Under the pieces are notes generated by a model. It was not told the DNA's origin, made no database searches, and saw nothing but the letters and a program-made list of their open reading frames with translations. Below, in pieces: positions 49,198 to 57,530 of a stretch of DNA of 64,000 nucleotides; the first letter of the stretch is position 1, and every line of letters begins with the position of its first letter. Source of the DNA: Acidobacteriota bacterium (GTDB lineage: Bacteria > Acidobacteriota > UBA6911 > RPQK01 > DATIPO01); the NCBI GenBank assembly GCA_035471785.1, contig DATIPQ010000083.1, positions 10,569-74,568 on the forward strand, written 5' to 3'. Made by a program: the position numbers and the translations under genes.

Positions 49198-50242
49198 GGC
49201 GGCGCACGTCCAGGGTGGCGCAGTGGAACGATCCGCCGAAGCTGTTGAAATCTCGGAAATTGCAGAGGACGGGCTTGAATCCCCAATCCGTCAGGGCCTT
49301 GATCATCGGTTCATCGCTGCGTTCAACAATCACCCGCTCCTGGTCGAGCATGAGGACGTTCATATTGATCCATCCGCTCGACATGTAAAGAGGATGAGTG
49401 CGGGGAAACACCGGCCGCGGAGCGCGCAAGACGTCCCATCCCTTGAAGATGGAGGGCACTTGCGGCACGCGCTCGGGGTTAATGAGCAGCTTGCCGGGAG
49501 ACAACGGCATCAGGGTGGCGTCGATGTGCATGGGGTGAGTGTCATTGAACTCGAAGACGTGAAGCCGGTACTTGCCGTCAAGGTGACGGCGAAGCCACTC
49601 GATGCCGAAATCGTTGGTGACGTTGCTTTTCTGCGCGATGATGTCGCATCCGCAGCGGATGAAGTCAGCCGCTTCGAAAGTCGGTTCGAATTCGTTGATG
49701 ACGTAGCGCGGCGGCTCGTCCTCTTGTGGCTCCTCCCAGCCCTCATCGTAGAGTTCGTCCCGCAGTTCGGGCTTGGGTGCGGCTGTCCATCCGGCCCCGC
49801 GGCAAAAATACTCCTTGAGAAGAGGCCTGAAGGCGGAGGTTCCATAGTAGCGCGAGCGCCAGGCCAGAGGACATTCCAGAATCTCGTTGCCCAGCACCAG
49901 CAACACGTCCCGGGGCATGGCGTCGTAGAGTCCCGTGCTGGTCCAGCCGGGGGCCCCATAGGTACGGTGAAGGGCCTGCGGCTCGGGGCGGCGCACATTG
50001 ACTCCTTCCGCGCGCAGAATGTGGACCAATTCTTCCAGATCCCTCTTGGCGGCAGCTACTCGCTCGGCCGGAAAGGGCCTGCCGGAGCGGGCGCGGAAAA
50101 GCGCGCGCTGATGGTGAGGAAGCGGCGCCCGGACAGAAACGTGCCAGGGCGGAAACCTGGCTCCGTCCACCACGCCGACAATGACCTCTTCAAGAAGATC
50201 CCACTCGTTGTGGCAGTTGACGGGACAACCGGGGCTAGCCAT
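49166..50242 (-). CDS. Amidinotransferase (glycine/inosamine amidinotransferase family)
   Basis: NEWDLLEEVIVG, DAMPRD, HPMHIDATL and the catalytic-Cys motif GGSFHCATLD. The start is set at MASPG (50242), 4 nt after the phzF-like stop. Confidence 0.85.
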   Translation of the reverse strand: MASPGCPVNCHNEWDLLEEVIVGVVDGARFPPWHVSVRAPLPHHQRALFRARSGRPFPAERVAAAKRDLEELVHILRAEGVNVRRPEPQALHRTYGAPGWTSTGLYDAMPRDVLLVLGNEILECPLAWRSRYYGTSAFRPLLKEYFCRGAGWTAAPKPELRDELYDEGWEEPQEDEPPRYVINEFEPTFEAADFIRCGCDIIAQKSNVTNDFGIEWLRRHLDGKYRLHVFEFNDTHPMHIDATLMPLSPGKLLINPERVPQVPSIFKGWDVLRAPRPVFPRTHPLYMSSGWINMNVLMLDQERVIVERSDEPMIKALTDWGFKPVLCNFRDFNSFGGSFHCATLDVRRRGELQSYLAS

Positions 50243-51050
50243 GGCGCCCTCCGCAGAGGGCCGCACCAACACTAACGGAAACCCGCTCGCGGATGCGGGC
50301 CTGCCCTGCGACCTTGACGCGTTGACCGGCGAGTTCGACCAGCAGCCGGCCTCCCCTCGGCGACAACTGAAGTGCGGCCAGCCGGCTCTTGTGCAGCCGT
50401 TCGCCCCAGTAGGGCCCCAGCTTGCAATGGGCTGAGACGCAAACCTGGTCTTCGTCGACCCCCAAGGCGGGAAAGAACGACCGCGAGACGAAGTCTGCAT
50501 CCTGGGCGCCGGCCCTGGCGGTGACGACGTGGCCGCGGCATTCGATCTGGGCCAGTGCAGCGAAGTCCGGCCGAAGGGATGCCACCGCCTCCTCGTTGTG
50601 CAATTCGATCACGATGTCGTCGATCGACCGGGCGCATTGGACCATCTCGACGCCCAGGGCCTCTCTCAACCCCTGGGGAGGAGGACAGGCAGCCACCTCA
50701 AGCCGAGGCAGGTCGAGCGAGATGAAGCCGTCTCTGAGCCGGGCGTAGAGGGGACCGCTGCAGGTGCGGAAGCATAATTTGGAAGAGCGTCTCACCCCCG
50801 CCACCTCGTACAAGTAGCAGGCGCTTGCGATAGTGGCGTGGCCGCACAGGTTCAGCTCTTTGCGGGGGGTGAACCAACGAATGCGATAGTTGCCGCCGTC
50901 CCCGACCAGGAAGGCCGTAGTGGGCAGGCCCAGGCCCAAGGCAATCGATTGCATCCGCCGGGTGGCAGGAAAACTCTCGGCCGCGACCACTGCCGCGTCA
51001 TTACCCGCGAAACGTTGGTCGGCGAAGGTTTCAGCTATCCAGGCTTGCAT
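50235..51050 (-). CDS. PhzF-family (DapF-fold) isomerase/epimerase-like protein
   Basis: FAGNDAAVV, RIRWFTPRKELNLCGHATIAS. The canonical S-E-T-x-F catalytic motif reads P-T-T-A-F here. The start at MQAWI (51050) overlaps the upstream gene by 20 nt. Confidence 0.8.
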   Translation of the reverse strand: MQAWIAETFADQRFAGNDAAVVAAESFPATRRMQSIALGLGLPTTAFLVGDGGNYRIRWFTPRKELNLCGHATIASACYLYEVAGVRRSSKLCFRTCSGPLYARLRDGFISLDLPRLEVAACPPPQGLREALGVEMVQCARSIDDIVIELHNEEAVASLRPDFAALAQIECRGHVVTARAGAQDADFVSRSFFPALGVDEDQVCVSAHCKLGPYWGERLHKSRLAALQLSPRGGRLLVELAGQRVKVAGQARIRERVSVSVGAALCGGRHG

Positions 51051-52200
51051 GAAGAATCGCTTCCGCGCGAGCCCGCCCCGGCTGGTGGGCATCCGCTTGG
51101 CTCATTCCCAGGAACATCCGGTCGATAGCCTGGCCCAATCCCCAGACTTCGGAATAGGGCGGCCCCCCGTTCAGACCGTTGTCGATGTCACGCTGTCTGC
51201 CATAAGCCGCAATCATCCAGTCGGGAGTGGCCGGATAACGATGATGGAAATCGTGGTTGGGCAGGTCGCCGACCACCACCAGAAGCCGCGAGGGCAGATG
51301 ATAAAACAACATGGAGGCGCTCCAGGCCAGCCAGGAAGCCAGGCCCCTCGGCTTCCACGGGGAGGCCGAGGGCACGGCGCGTCCGCAGAACCGTCCCCAG
51401 GTCGCGGCCACGTGATAGTAGCGGGTGCCATGCCTGGGATCGCGCTGGGTCAGCCAGGCATGCTCCCCCAGCTTGTCGAGCAGGGCGCTCAGTTGCGCCA
51501 GCAGGATGACCGGAATCAAGAAAGCCAGCAGCAAGACCGTCCCGCCGTGGGGAAGCCAGATCGGCAGCGAGAGCCAGAAGGCGGCCCAGGAAAGGAAGCC
51601 GACCCGCCTCCAGGTCCCCTTGACCAGATTGCACCACAGCCGGTCGACGAATCCGCGTAGGTAGAAGGCGGGAGAAAAGAACACCAGAAGAGCCTGCAGC
51701 CAAAGCCGCCGCCTGGTCATGCCGGGCCGGAATCCGAGACCCAGCAGAACCTGCACCGGAGGATCCTCGTGGGTAGCGAAGACGGCTTCCCGATGATGGG
51801 AGTGAAAGTGCTCGACGCGAAAGGTGTCGGCATCCTGATAGAAGGTGAGCACCGTGACCATCTCGCCCACAAGGTTGTCGCGTTTTCCGTTTCCTGAAAA
51901 CCGCTTGTGAATGCACTGGTGAGCGATGACCAGTATCATGCTGCGGGCTGCCGACAGAGTTAGAATCCAACCTGCCAGCAGGGCCAGGTACCAAAACTGA
52001 AAGCGGAGCGAAACCGCCACTACCGAGAGCGACAGTCCTGCAAAGTAGATCGCTAATATGAGGACCAGGTAGCTGAACCAGGTATGACGGATCAGCGGCT
52101 GCTGGCGGGGCAACGCCTTGCCGGTGAACCAAGTCCAGAAATGCTGCGTCCAAGCCGGGAAGCGCAGGAACGACTCCCGCACATCGATTGCGTCAGACAT
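51031..52200 (-). CDS. Membrane fatty-acid-desaturase-family di-iron protein (paralog 3)
   Basis: His boxes HQCIH, HSHH and HDFHH, with multiple TM helices. The start is set at MSDAIDV (52200) with GGAGG upstream. Confidence 0.75.
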   Translation of the reverse strand: MSDAIDVRESFLRFPAWTQHFWTWFTGKALPRQQPLIRHTWFSYLVLILAIYFAGLSLSVVAVSLRFQFWYLALLAGWILTLSAARSMILVIAHQCIHKRFSGNGKRDNLVGEMVTVLTFYQDADTFRVEHFHSHHREAVFATHEDPPVQVLLGLGFRPGMTRRRLWLQALLVFFSPAFYLRGFVDRLWCNLVKGTWRRVGFLSWAAFWLSLPIWLPHGGTVLLLAFLIPVILLAQLSALLDKLGEHAWLTQRDPRHGTRYYHVAATWGRFCGRAVPSASPWKPRGLASWLAWSASMLFYHLPSRLLVVVGDLPNHDFHHRYPATPDWMIAAYGRQRDIDNGLNGGPPYSEVWGLGQAIDRMFLGMSQADAHQPGRARAEAILHASLDS

Positions 52201-52213
52201 TCTCAGCCTCCGC

Positions 52214-52921
52214 TTAGGCAGGAATCTTGTGGCGCCCATGAGAAGACGCGGAAATCTCCTTGCCGAGACGGTTGAAAAATCCCTCCCACAACCGCCACAT
52301 CTCTTCTGCGCTCTCCAGGACCAGACCCTCCTCGGCCGCGCTGAAGTCGTGCATCATCGTGTGGTTGGCTTCCTCGACGTGATCAGGTTCCTGCTCGACA
52401 TGAATCTCCACCCATTCCAGGTCGGTGACCCCGGTCGCGCCCGCGACCGCCTTGCCGATGGCCGAGACCATCAAAAGATCCGTCACTTCGGTGGCGAAGA
52501 TGGACCCGAGGGCTGAACAGCGGTCGCGAGAACCCCGTCGATAGCCCTCCACCAGCGCCGCCGTCTCCCGAAAGGGAGCTTGTCCGGTGATTTGCCGGCG
52601 GCTGAATCCGGCCCGCTCCATGGTGTGAATGTAGACCACTTCGTGAGCCCGGCCGACATTTCCTCCGCCCGCCTCTTGAGCGAGTATCCGCGAGATGGCG
52701 CTCTTCGATTCGATATCGGGAAGCACCGCGATGCAGCGAGCCAGGAAGGTGGGGAAGTAATGCAGCGGATGCCACCACTGCCCCACGATCACAGCGGCCT
52801 TGTCGACCGCCAGCGGCGCCTCGGCCACGCGCCGGAAGAAGTCGTGGCCGACGAAACGGCGGCGCACGGAGTTCTCCTCCAAACGGTTCGTCAAGGTGTG
52901 AGAGTTGTGCTTGCTTTCCAT
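52214..52921 (-). CDS. Heme-oxygenase-like di-iron enzyme family protein (iron-containing redox enzyme, HDO/CADD/PqqC-like)
   Basis: QWWHPLHYFPTFLARCI, ILAQEAGGG...HEVVY, FATEVTD and EWVEIHVEQEPDHVEEA supply the expected Glu/His ligand pattern of this helical family. Confidence 0.7.
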   Translation of the reverse strand: MESKHNSHTLTNRLEENSVRRRFVGHDFFRRVAEAPLAVDKAAVIVGQWWHPLHYFPTFLARCIAVLPDIESKSAISRILAQEAGGGNVGRAHEVVYIHTMERAGFSRRQITGQAPFRETAALVEGYRRGSRDRCSALGSIFATEVTDLLMVSAIGKAVAGATGVTDLEWVEIHVEQEPDHVEEANHTMMHDFSAAEEGLVLESAEEMWRLWEGFFNRLGKEISASSHGRHKIPA

Positions 52922-52949
52922 TTTCCTTCAAGTCTCCTTTCAGGGCTCC

Positions 52950-53804
52950 TCAAGCGGCCCGTTCAATCAAGAAGTAGCGGTGCAACTCGCAGGCCTTTTG
53001 GTAGAGATCCCGGTTTCCGCTGGCCTTCGCGATCTTGAGAAACGTCTTCCAAATGAAGTTGTCGCCGCCATCTCGGCGATAGTGCCTTTTGATGAGGACG
53101 GCGAATATGTCCCGGTAGTTGTCCAAGTCAATGACGCCTGAAAGCGTCAGCAGGGAATCATGCTCCCGGCTGCTCATGGGACGGCGGGTGCAAATGCTGT
53201 CGGTCGGAATGCCTGCCTCTTTCTCCGGCATGAAGCGCAGCAGCTTGCGGCCGTCATCCACATCCGAGAAGTCGAGCATGAGATGAACCCGCTTGTCCTG
53301 GGAAAAGGAAGCCGCGCTGTGAGGGCAGGAAGCGTCGAAGAACCAGGCCTCGCCGGCCCGCATCCGGTAAACCGTGTTCTCCTCCATGAAGAAACAATGC
53401 TCGTTGGTCAGAAGCGGCAGGTGAAGGCGATGGGCGTTGCGCTTCTTTTCGGGAATTTCTCCCAATTCCAGCAGATCCCTGTGGGGAATGATCACGCTGT
53501 TGGATATGACCGCCAGCCGCGCGAAGTTGAGGAAATCGAGATTGAAGTACCGCTCAACAAGCCCGGAAAGATAAGGCAGTTGTCGACCGTATTCGGTAAT
53601 CGCCGGGCGCTGCGTGAAGTCATAGTTGGTGACCAGGCCGTCGCCCCGGTCGCCTCCGGCCGCCCAGAGCATGCAACTTTTCCAAGGACCGCCGCACAGG
53701 TATTCGCTGTAAGCGTCGGAGAAAGCGAGGCGGGCGCTTTTTTCAATCTCCGCATCGGCCTTGGTCCAATCGATTTCCAACCGTCCGACTCTTTGTGTAC
53801 GCAT
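52950..53804 (-). CDS. Fe(II)/2-oxoglutarate oxygenase, proline 3-/cis-4-hydroxylase-like (aspartyl beta-hydroxylase-type cupin)
   Basis: GRLEID, IIPHRDLLEL (H108-x-D110, about 53475-53483), YRMRAGEAWFFDASCPHSA (H162) and the C-terminal LTLSGVIDLDNYRDIFAVLIKRHY. All are collinear with my recollection of Streptomyces proline 3-hydroxylase. Confidence 0.65.
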   Translation of the reverse strand: MRTQRVGRLEIDWTKADAEIEKSARLAFSDAYSEYLCGGPWKSCMLWAAGGDRGDGLVTNYDFTQRPAITEYGRQLPYLSGLVERYFNLDFLNFARLAVISNSVIIPHRDLLELGEIPEKKRNAHRLHLPLLTNEHCFFMEENTVYRMRAGEAWFFDASCPHSAASFSQDKRVHLMLDFSDVDDGRKLLRFMPEKEAGIPTDSICTRRPMSSREHDSLLTLSGVIDLDNYRDIFAVLIKRHYRRDGGDNFIWKTFLKIAKASGNRDLYQKACELHRYFLIERAA

Positions 53805-53816
53805 CGCGACTTCCTT

Positions 53817-54707
53817 TCAGGCAACGGAGGTAAAAGGCTCGCCCCAGACATTTGCGCTCTTGACCCGGTTGTGACCGTAGACATCCTTGCCGCCCACCAG
53901 GACGCACCCGTGGCGGGAGAGATCAAAGTGATGCCCGAACTCGTCGAACTCGGTCATGCCCTCATACACTTTCACGTGGGTTGGAATGACCCGGATCGAG
54001 AAGCCCATCCTCTGCTTGCGGCTGGTATTGGGATTCGAGCCGTGAACGCAGCGCGCGGTAAAGATCACGAACTCTCCCGGTTTCATCTCGGCGTAGGCGA
54101 TGTCTTTCTCGTCGGGATTCCAAGTCTTGTCGAGCTTGGCGTCGTCGTAGCTGTAGCCGAAAAACGTATTCTCGATCCGAGTGTCGTCCCAGTTCAGCCT
54201 GCGCTTCTCGTCGTAGTACCAGGTGCGGTGGCTGCCGGGCAGGAATCTCAGACATCCGTTCTCTTTGGTGGCCTCGGTGAAGGCCACCCAGGCGGTCAGC
54301 TCCATGGGGACGCCGTTGGAATGGGTAGTCGCCTTCAGCATCCCCTCGGTGGCTTCGCCAATGGCGTAGGTTTCGACCTGGTGCCAACCAGTCCCGGCAT
54401 CTCCCGGATTCTTGGGAAAGAACTCTGTGCGCCAGCAGAGCACGTCGGGGCCGATCAAGGACTGAAAGCGCCGCACGATGGCCGGCTCGGAGATGATCCT
54501 GCTCAAGCCCGGGATGTCGAGGTGGCGGTCGTAGTTAAGCGGGTTGTCGAAAGCGGCCCGCTTGGTGTTCTCAGGGTTGAGAAGCGCCGCCCGCTGCTCC
54601 TTCCACCATACCTTCATGGCCTCGGGCTCCCACAGTTTGAAGGGGCCGATGAAGCCCTGTTGGTTGAAGGTCTCCCTTTCCGATTCGAAGTCGATCATCT
54701 TTTTCAT
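53817..54707 (-). CDS. SyrB2-like carrier-protein-dependent Fe(II)/2OG enzyme (PhyH superfamily), halogenase-type metal motif
   Basis: FNQQGFIGPF, NYDRHLD, LIGPDVLCWRTEFFPKNPGDAGTGWHQVETYA, ENGCLRFLPGSH, FFGYSY and VHGSNPN...RMGF. These are near-collinear with the SyrB2 sequence as I recall it. Confidence 0.8.
   Translation of the reverse strand: MKKMIDFESERETFNQQGFIGPFKLWEPEAMKVWWKEQRAALLNPENTKRAAFDNPLNYDRHLDIPGLSRIISEPAIVRRFQSLIGPDVLCWRTEFFPKNPGDAGTGWHQVETYAIGEATEGMLKATTHSNGVPMELTAWVAFTEATKENGCLRFLPGSHRTWYYDEKRRLNWDDTRIENTFFGYSYDDAKLDKTWNPDEKDIAYAEMKPGEFVIFTARCVHGSNPNTSRKQRMGFSIRVIPTHVKVYEGMTEFDEFGHHFDLSRHGCVLVGGKDVYGHNRVKSANVWGEPFTSVA
54375..54383 (-). other. Metal-binding motif H109-Q110-V111 (no carboxylate ligand)
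   Basis: Codons CAC CAG GTC were verified on the minus strand. The equivalent motif in SyrB2 is H-Q-A, and in PhyH-type hydroxylases it is H-x-D. Confidence 0.7.
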
Positions 54708-54896
54708 CCTCGTCAGTGGAATGCAGGCCGAGTCCGCCTCGAAGGCGGCAGCCCGGCCTCTGCTCTCCAGGGCAAGGCCACTGGCTCGGCTATCTGCATG
54801 AAAGGCCAGACGACGATAGCCATCCGCTACGTCCCGCCTCGTTGCGCTCCCGTATCTCCCGTCGTTCTCGATCTCTCCTTCTGCCCTGTCTCCTCG

Positions 54897-57530
54897 TCAA
54901 CCTGAGCGGATGGAGCTGAGGGCTTCGTCCAGGGCGCGCGCCGTCGAGGCCGCCAGAGGCTGGCGAAGGATGCTGCAGTGGTCGCCGGGCACAGCGTGAA
55001 TGCGCATGGGGCCCAGGACGATCTTGTGCAGCTCGACGGCCAGCGAGTCCTGGACCGCCTGCGATGAACCCGTAGGCTGAAACAGGTCGACGGCGCCGTC
55101 AAAGGGGAGGGGACGATACTTCATGGCGGCCCCCATGCTGTCGCGGGCGACACGAAGGTTCTTCTTCAGATGGGCCGCCTGCAGACCTTGCGGGATATTA
55201 TTACCCAGCAGCCCGTTCCAAGCGGGATCGGCGAAAAACCGGGACAGGCCGTTTTTTCCATCCCCCGCGTCAACAGTCCCGGTCTCGATCTTTTGCAGCG
55301 CCTCGGTGAGCAGATCCAGGTGAGGGCTCTCTGCGATCCTGAGTCCGGTGATGGGATCGCGCAAAGGGTTGGCGTCGATGAGGCCTAGAAAATCGACCCG
55401 CTCGCCGCAGCCGGTCAGTTGGCGGGCCAGTTCGAAGGCCAGCACCCCGCCGAAGGACCATCCGGCCAGCCGGTAGGGTCCTCGGGGTTGAACGGCGCGG
55501 AGTTGCGTGAAGTGGACTTTGGCCATCTCCTCAATCGAACCCATGCAGGCTGGATCGCCTTGCTCCCCGCAATGCCAGCGCAGCCCCAGGATGCGAAAGG
55601 GAGATCTGATCGCATGGGCCAGTTCGCGATAGGCCAAGAGCTCGCCTCCCAGCGGATGGACGAACAAGAGAGGCCGTTTGGGCGGGCCGGGACGGATGGT
55701 GACGACTTCCGACCTCAGCTCCAAGCCCTCGCGCCGAAATTCACGGGTATCCAGTGCCCTTGCGAGCTCAGCAACGGTGCTGTTGTGGAGGAGAAAAGAC
55801 AGCTCGATCTCGCTGCCCACCAACTGACCGATTTCCGTCACGGCCCAGGCAGCCAGAAGGGAATCCCCGCCAACATCGAAGAAATCGTCGTCCAGAGCGA
55901 GTTGGTCATGACCCAGAATCCGCTCCCAGATTCGCCTGATGGCCTCGGCCAGAGAGTCGCCCGTGCTGACGTCGCCGTCCATCGGGGGCAGTTCGAGTTC
56001 CTGCAAGGCCAGACGGTCGATCTTGCCGCTGCTGGTCTGAGGCAACGCCTCAAGTTGGACCAGACGCGCCGGGATCATGTAGCTTGGCAGCAGGGAGCGC
56101 AAATGCCCCAGCACTTCGACGTCGCTCACCCGCTCGCCGTGGACGACAAGGAAAGCTACCAGGGCGGAAACGTCCTCAGCCAACGGGCGGGCCAGCACCG
56201 CCGCTTCGCCTACCGCGGGATGGTCGGTGAGGGCCTTTTCAACCTCGGCAGGCTCGACGCGGAATCCATTGATCTTGACCTGGGCGTCCGAGCGTCCCAG
56301 AAAATGGAAAAGCCCTTTCGTGTCGACCCGCGCCAAGTCCCCCGTGCGGTACATGCGCGCGCCCTGCCCCTCGCTGAAGGGATCAGGCAGGAAGCGCCGC
56401 GCGGTTTCAGCCGGCGCCTCCAGATAGCCTCGTCCCACGCCCTCACCGCCCACGAACAGCTCACCGGTTTGACCGGGTTTCACCGGAACCAGATTGGGGT
56501 CCAGGTTGTAGAGCGCCACATCGTCCACCGGGCTGCCGATCGGCGGCAGCGGCGGCCAGGCGGAAGGTTTCCCAGCCAAGGTGTAGCTGGTCACCAGATG
56601 GGCTTCTGTGGGGCCGTAGTGATTGTCGAAGCGGCATTCCGGCAAAGCCTGAAAGAAGCGGGCAATGGGTTTGGTGATGATGAGGCGCTCGCCGGCGGTG
56701 ATGACGTGGCGCAAAGAATCCGGCACAAGGCCAAGCCGTTGCGAGGCCTTGGCCAACTGTTGCAGAGCGACGTAAGGCAGGAACAGTCTTTGAATTGACT
56801 TTTCCTTCAATTGGTAGAGCAGCCGCTCAGGGTCCCGCCGCACTTCATCGGGGAGCAGAAACAAAGCGCCACCCGTGCACAAGGCGGAAAAAACCTCCTG
56901 AAAAGTCACGTCAAAACCCAAGGAGGTGAACTGCAGGGTGGCGAGTCCTGGAGGTCCTTGGGCGATCTGCCACCGAATCAGACGGGTCAGGCCACGGTGG
57001 CTCATGCCCACTCCCTTGGGCGGACCAGTGGAACCGGAAGTGTAGAGGACGTAGGCCAGATGCCGGGGACGCAGGAACGGGCGGGGAAAGCGTGCATTCA
57101 GCAGCGGTGCGGCGTCCTCGCCGCTGCCGACGACAAGGGCGGGGAGATCCCAGCCCGAAGCATCCTCGTCCGCCACGATCGCGGCCGGATGCAAGTTCTC
57201 GAGCATGGCGGCGATGCGCTTCCTGGGCAGAGAGGGGTCGATGGGCGCATAAACTCCGCCGGCTCCAAGAACCGCCAGCATGGCGACGAACAGTTGGGGC
57301 GAGCGGCTCATGAGAACTGCCACGGGCCTGTCGGGCCCCACACCGAGCCCCAGCAACTGCCCCCTGAGACGGCTTGAGCGTTGCATCAGCCTTCCATAAC
57401 TGATGGGGCGCCCGTTCTTATCGACGATGGCTGCCCGCTCGGGATGCACTTCCGATTGATGCCTGACCCATTCATGGACGAAGCCGGAGGCCTTTTTCTT
57501 CGAGGCTGGCCATTCATCTTGCAAAAGCAT
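54897..57530 (-). CDS. NRPS A-T-TE (completes a split module with the C domain ending the upstream protein)
   Basis: ISYGRL, LAYVLYTSGSTGPPKG, NHYGPTE, FFDVGGDSL (T) and GWSFGG (TE). The ATG at 57530 is preferred over the TTG at 57548 and overlaps the upstream stop by 17 nt. Confidence 0.9.
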   Translation of the reverse strand: MLLQDEWPASKKKASGFVHEWVRHQSEVHPERAAIVDKNGRPISYGRLMQRSSRLRGQLLGLGVGPDRPVAVLMSRSPQLFVAMLAVLGAGGVYAPIDPSLPRKRIAAMLENLHPAAIVADEDASGWDLPALVVGSGEDAAPLLNARFPRPFLRPRHLAYVLYTSGSTGPPKGVGMSHRGLTRLIRWQIAQGPPGLATLQFTSLGFDVTFQEVFSALCTGGALFLLPDEVRRDPERLLYQLKEKSIQRLFLPYVALQQLAKASQRLGLVPDSLRHVITAGERLIITKPIARFFQALPECRFDNHYGPTEAHLVTSYTLAGKPSAWPPLPPIGSPVDDVALYNLDPNLVPVKPGQTGELFVGGEGVGRGYLEAPAETARRFLPDPFSEGQGARMYRTGDLARVDTKGLFHFLGRSDAQVKINGFRVEPAEVEKALTDHPAVGEAAVLARPLAEDVSALVAFLVVHGERVSDVEVLGHLRSLLPSYMIPARLVQLEALPQTSSGKIDRLALQELELPPMDGDVSTGDSLAEAIRRIWERILGHDQLALDDDFFDVGGDSLLAAWAVTEIGQLVGSEIELSFLLHNSTVAELARALDTREFRREGLELRSEVVTIRPGPPKRPLLFVHPLGGELLAYRELAHAIRSPFRILGLRWHCGEQGDPACMGSIEEMAKVHFTQLRAVQPRGPYRLAGWSFGGVLAFELARQLTGCGERVDFLGLIDANPLRDPITGLRIAESPHLDLLTEALQKIETGTVDAGDGKNGLSRFFADPAWNGLLGNNIPQGLQAAHLKKNLRVARDSMGAAMKYRPLPFDGAVDLFQPTGSSQAVQDSLAVELHKIVLGPMRIHAVPGDHCSILRQPLAASTARALDEALSSIRSG
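54900..55694 (-). other. Thioesterase domain of the A-T-TE protein
   Basis: The last ~265 aa are an alpha/beta-hydrolase with LLFVHPLGGE and the nucleophile elbow AGWSFGGVLAFE (Ser, not Cys). Confidence 0.7.

Noticed and set aside
54708-54896. Possible terminator in the 189-nt gap between the A-T-TE gene and the SyrB2-like gene
   Set aside because: Only short imperfect GC stems are present (GGCCG...CCGCC TCGAA GGCGG...CGGCC), with no U-tract. That is insufficient to call a terminator or riboswitch, though an internal promoter cannot be excluded.
53160-56798. 581-aa and 459-aa plus-strand ORFs over the oxygenase and A-T-TE genes
   Set aside because: They are antisense to genes with clear SyrB2-like, proline-hydroxylase-like and NRPS motifs, so they are shadow ORFs.
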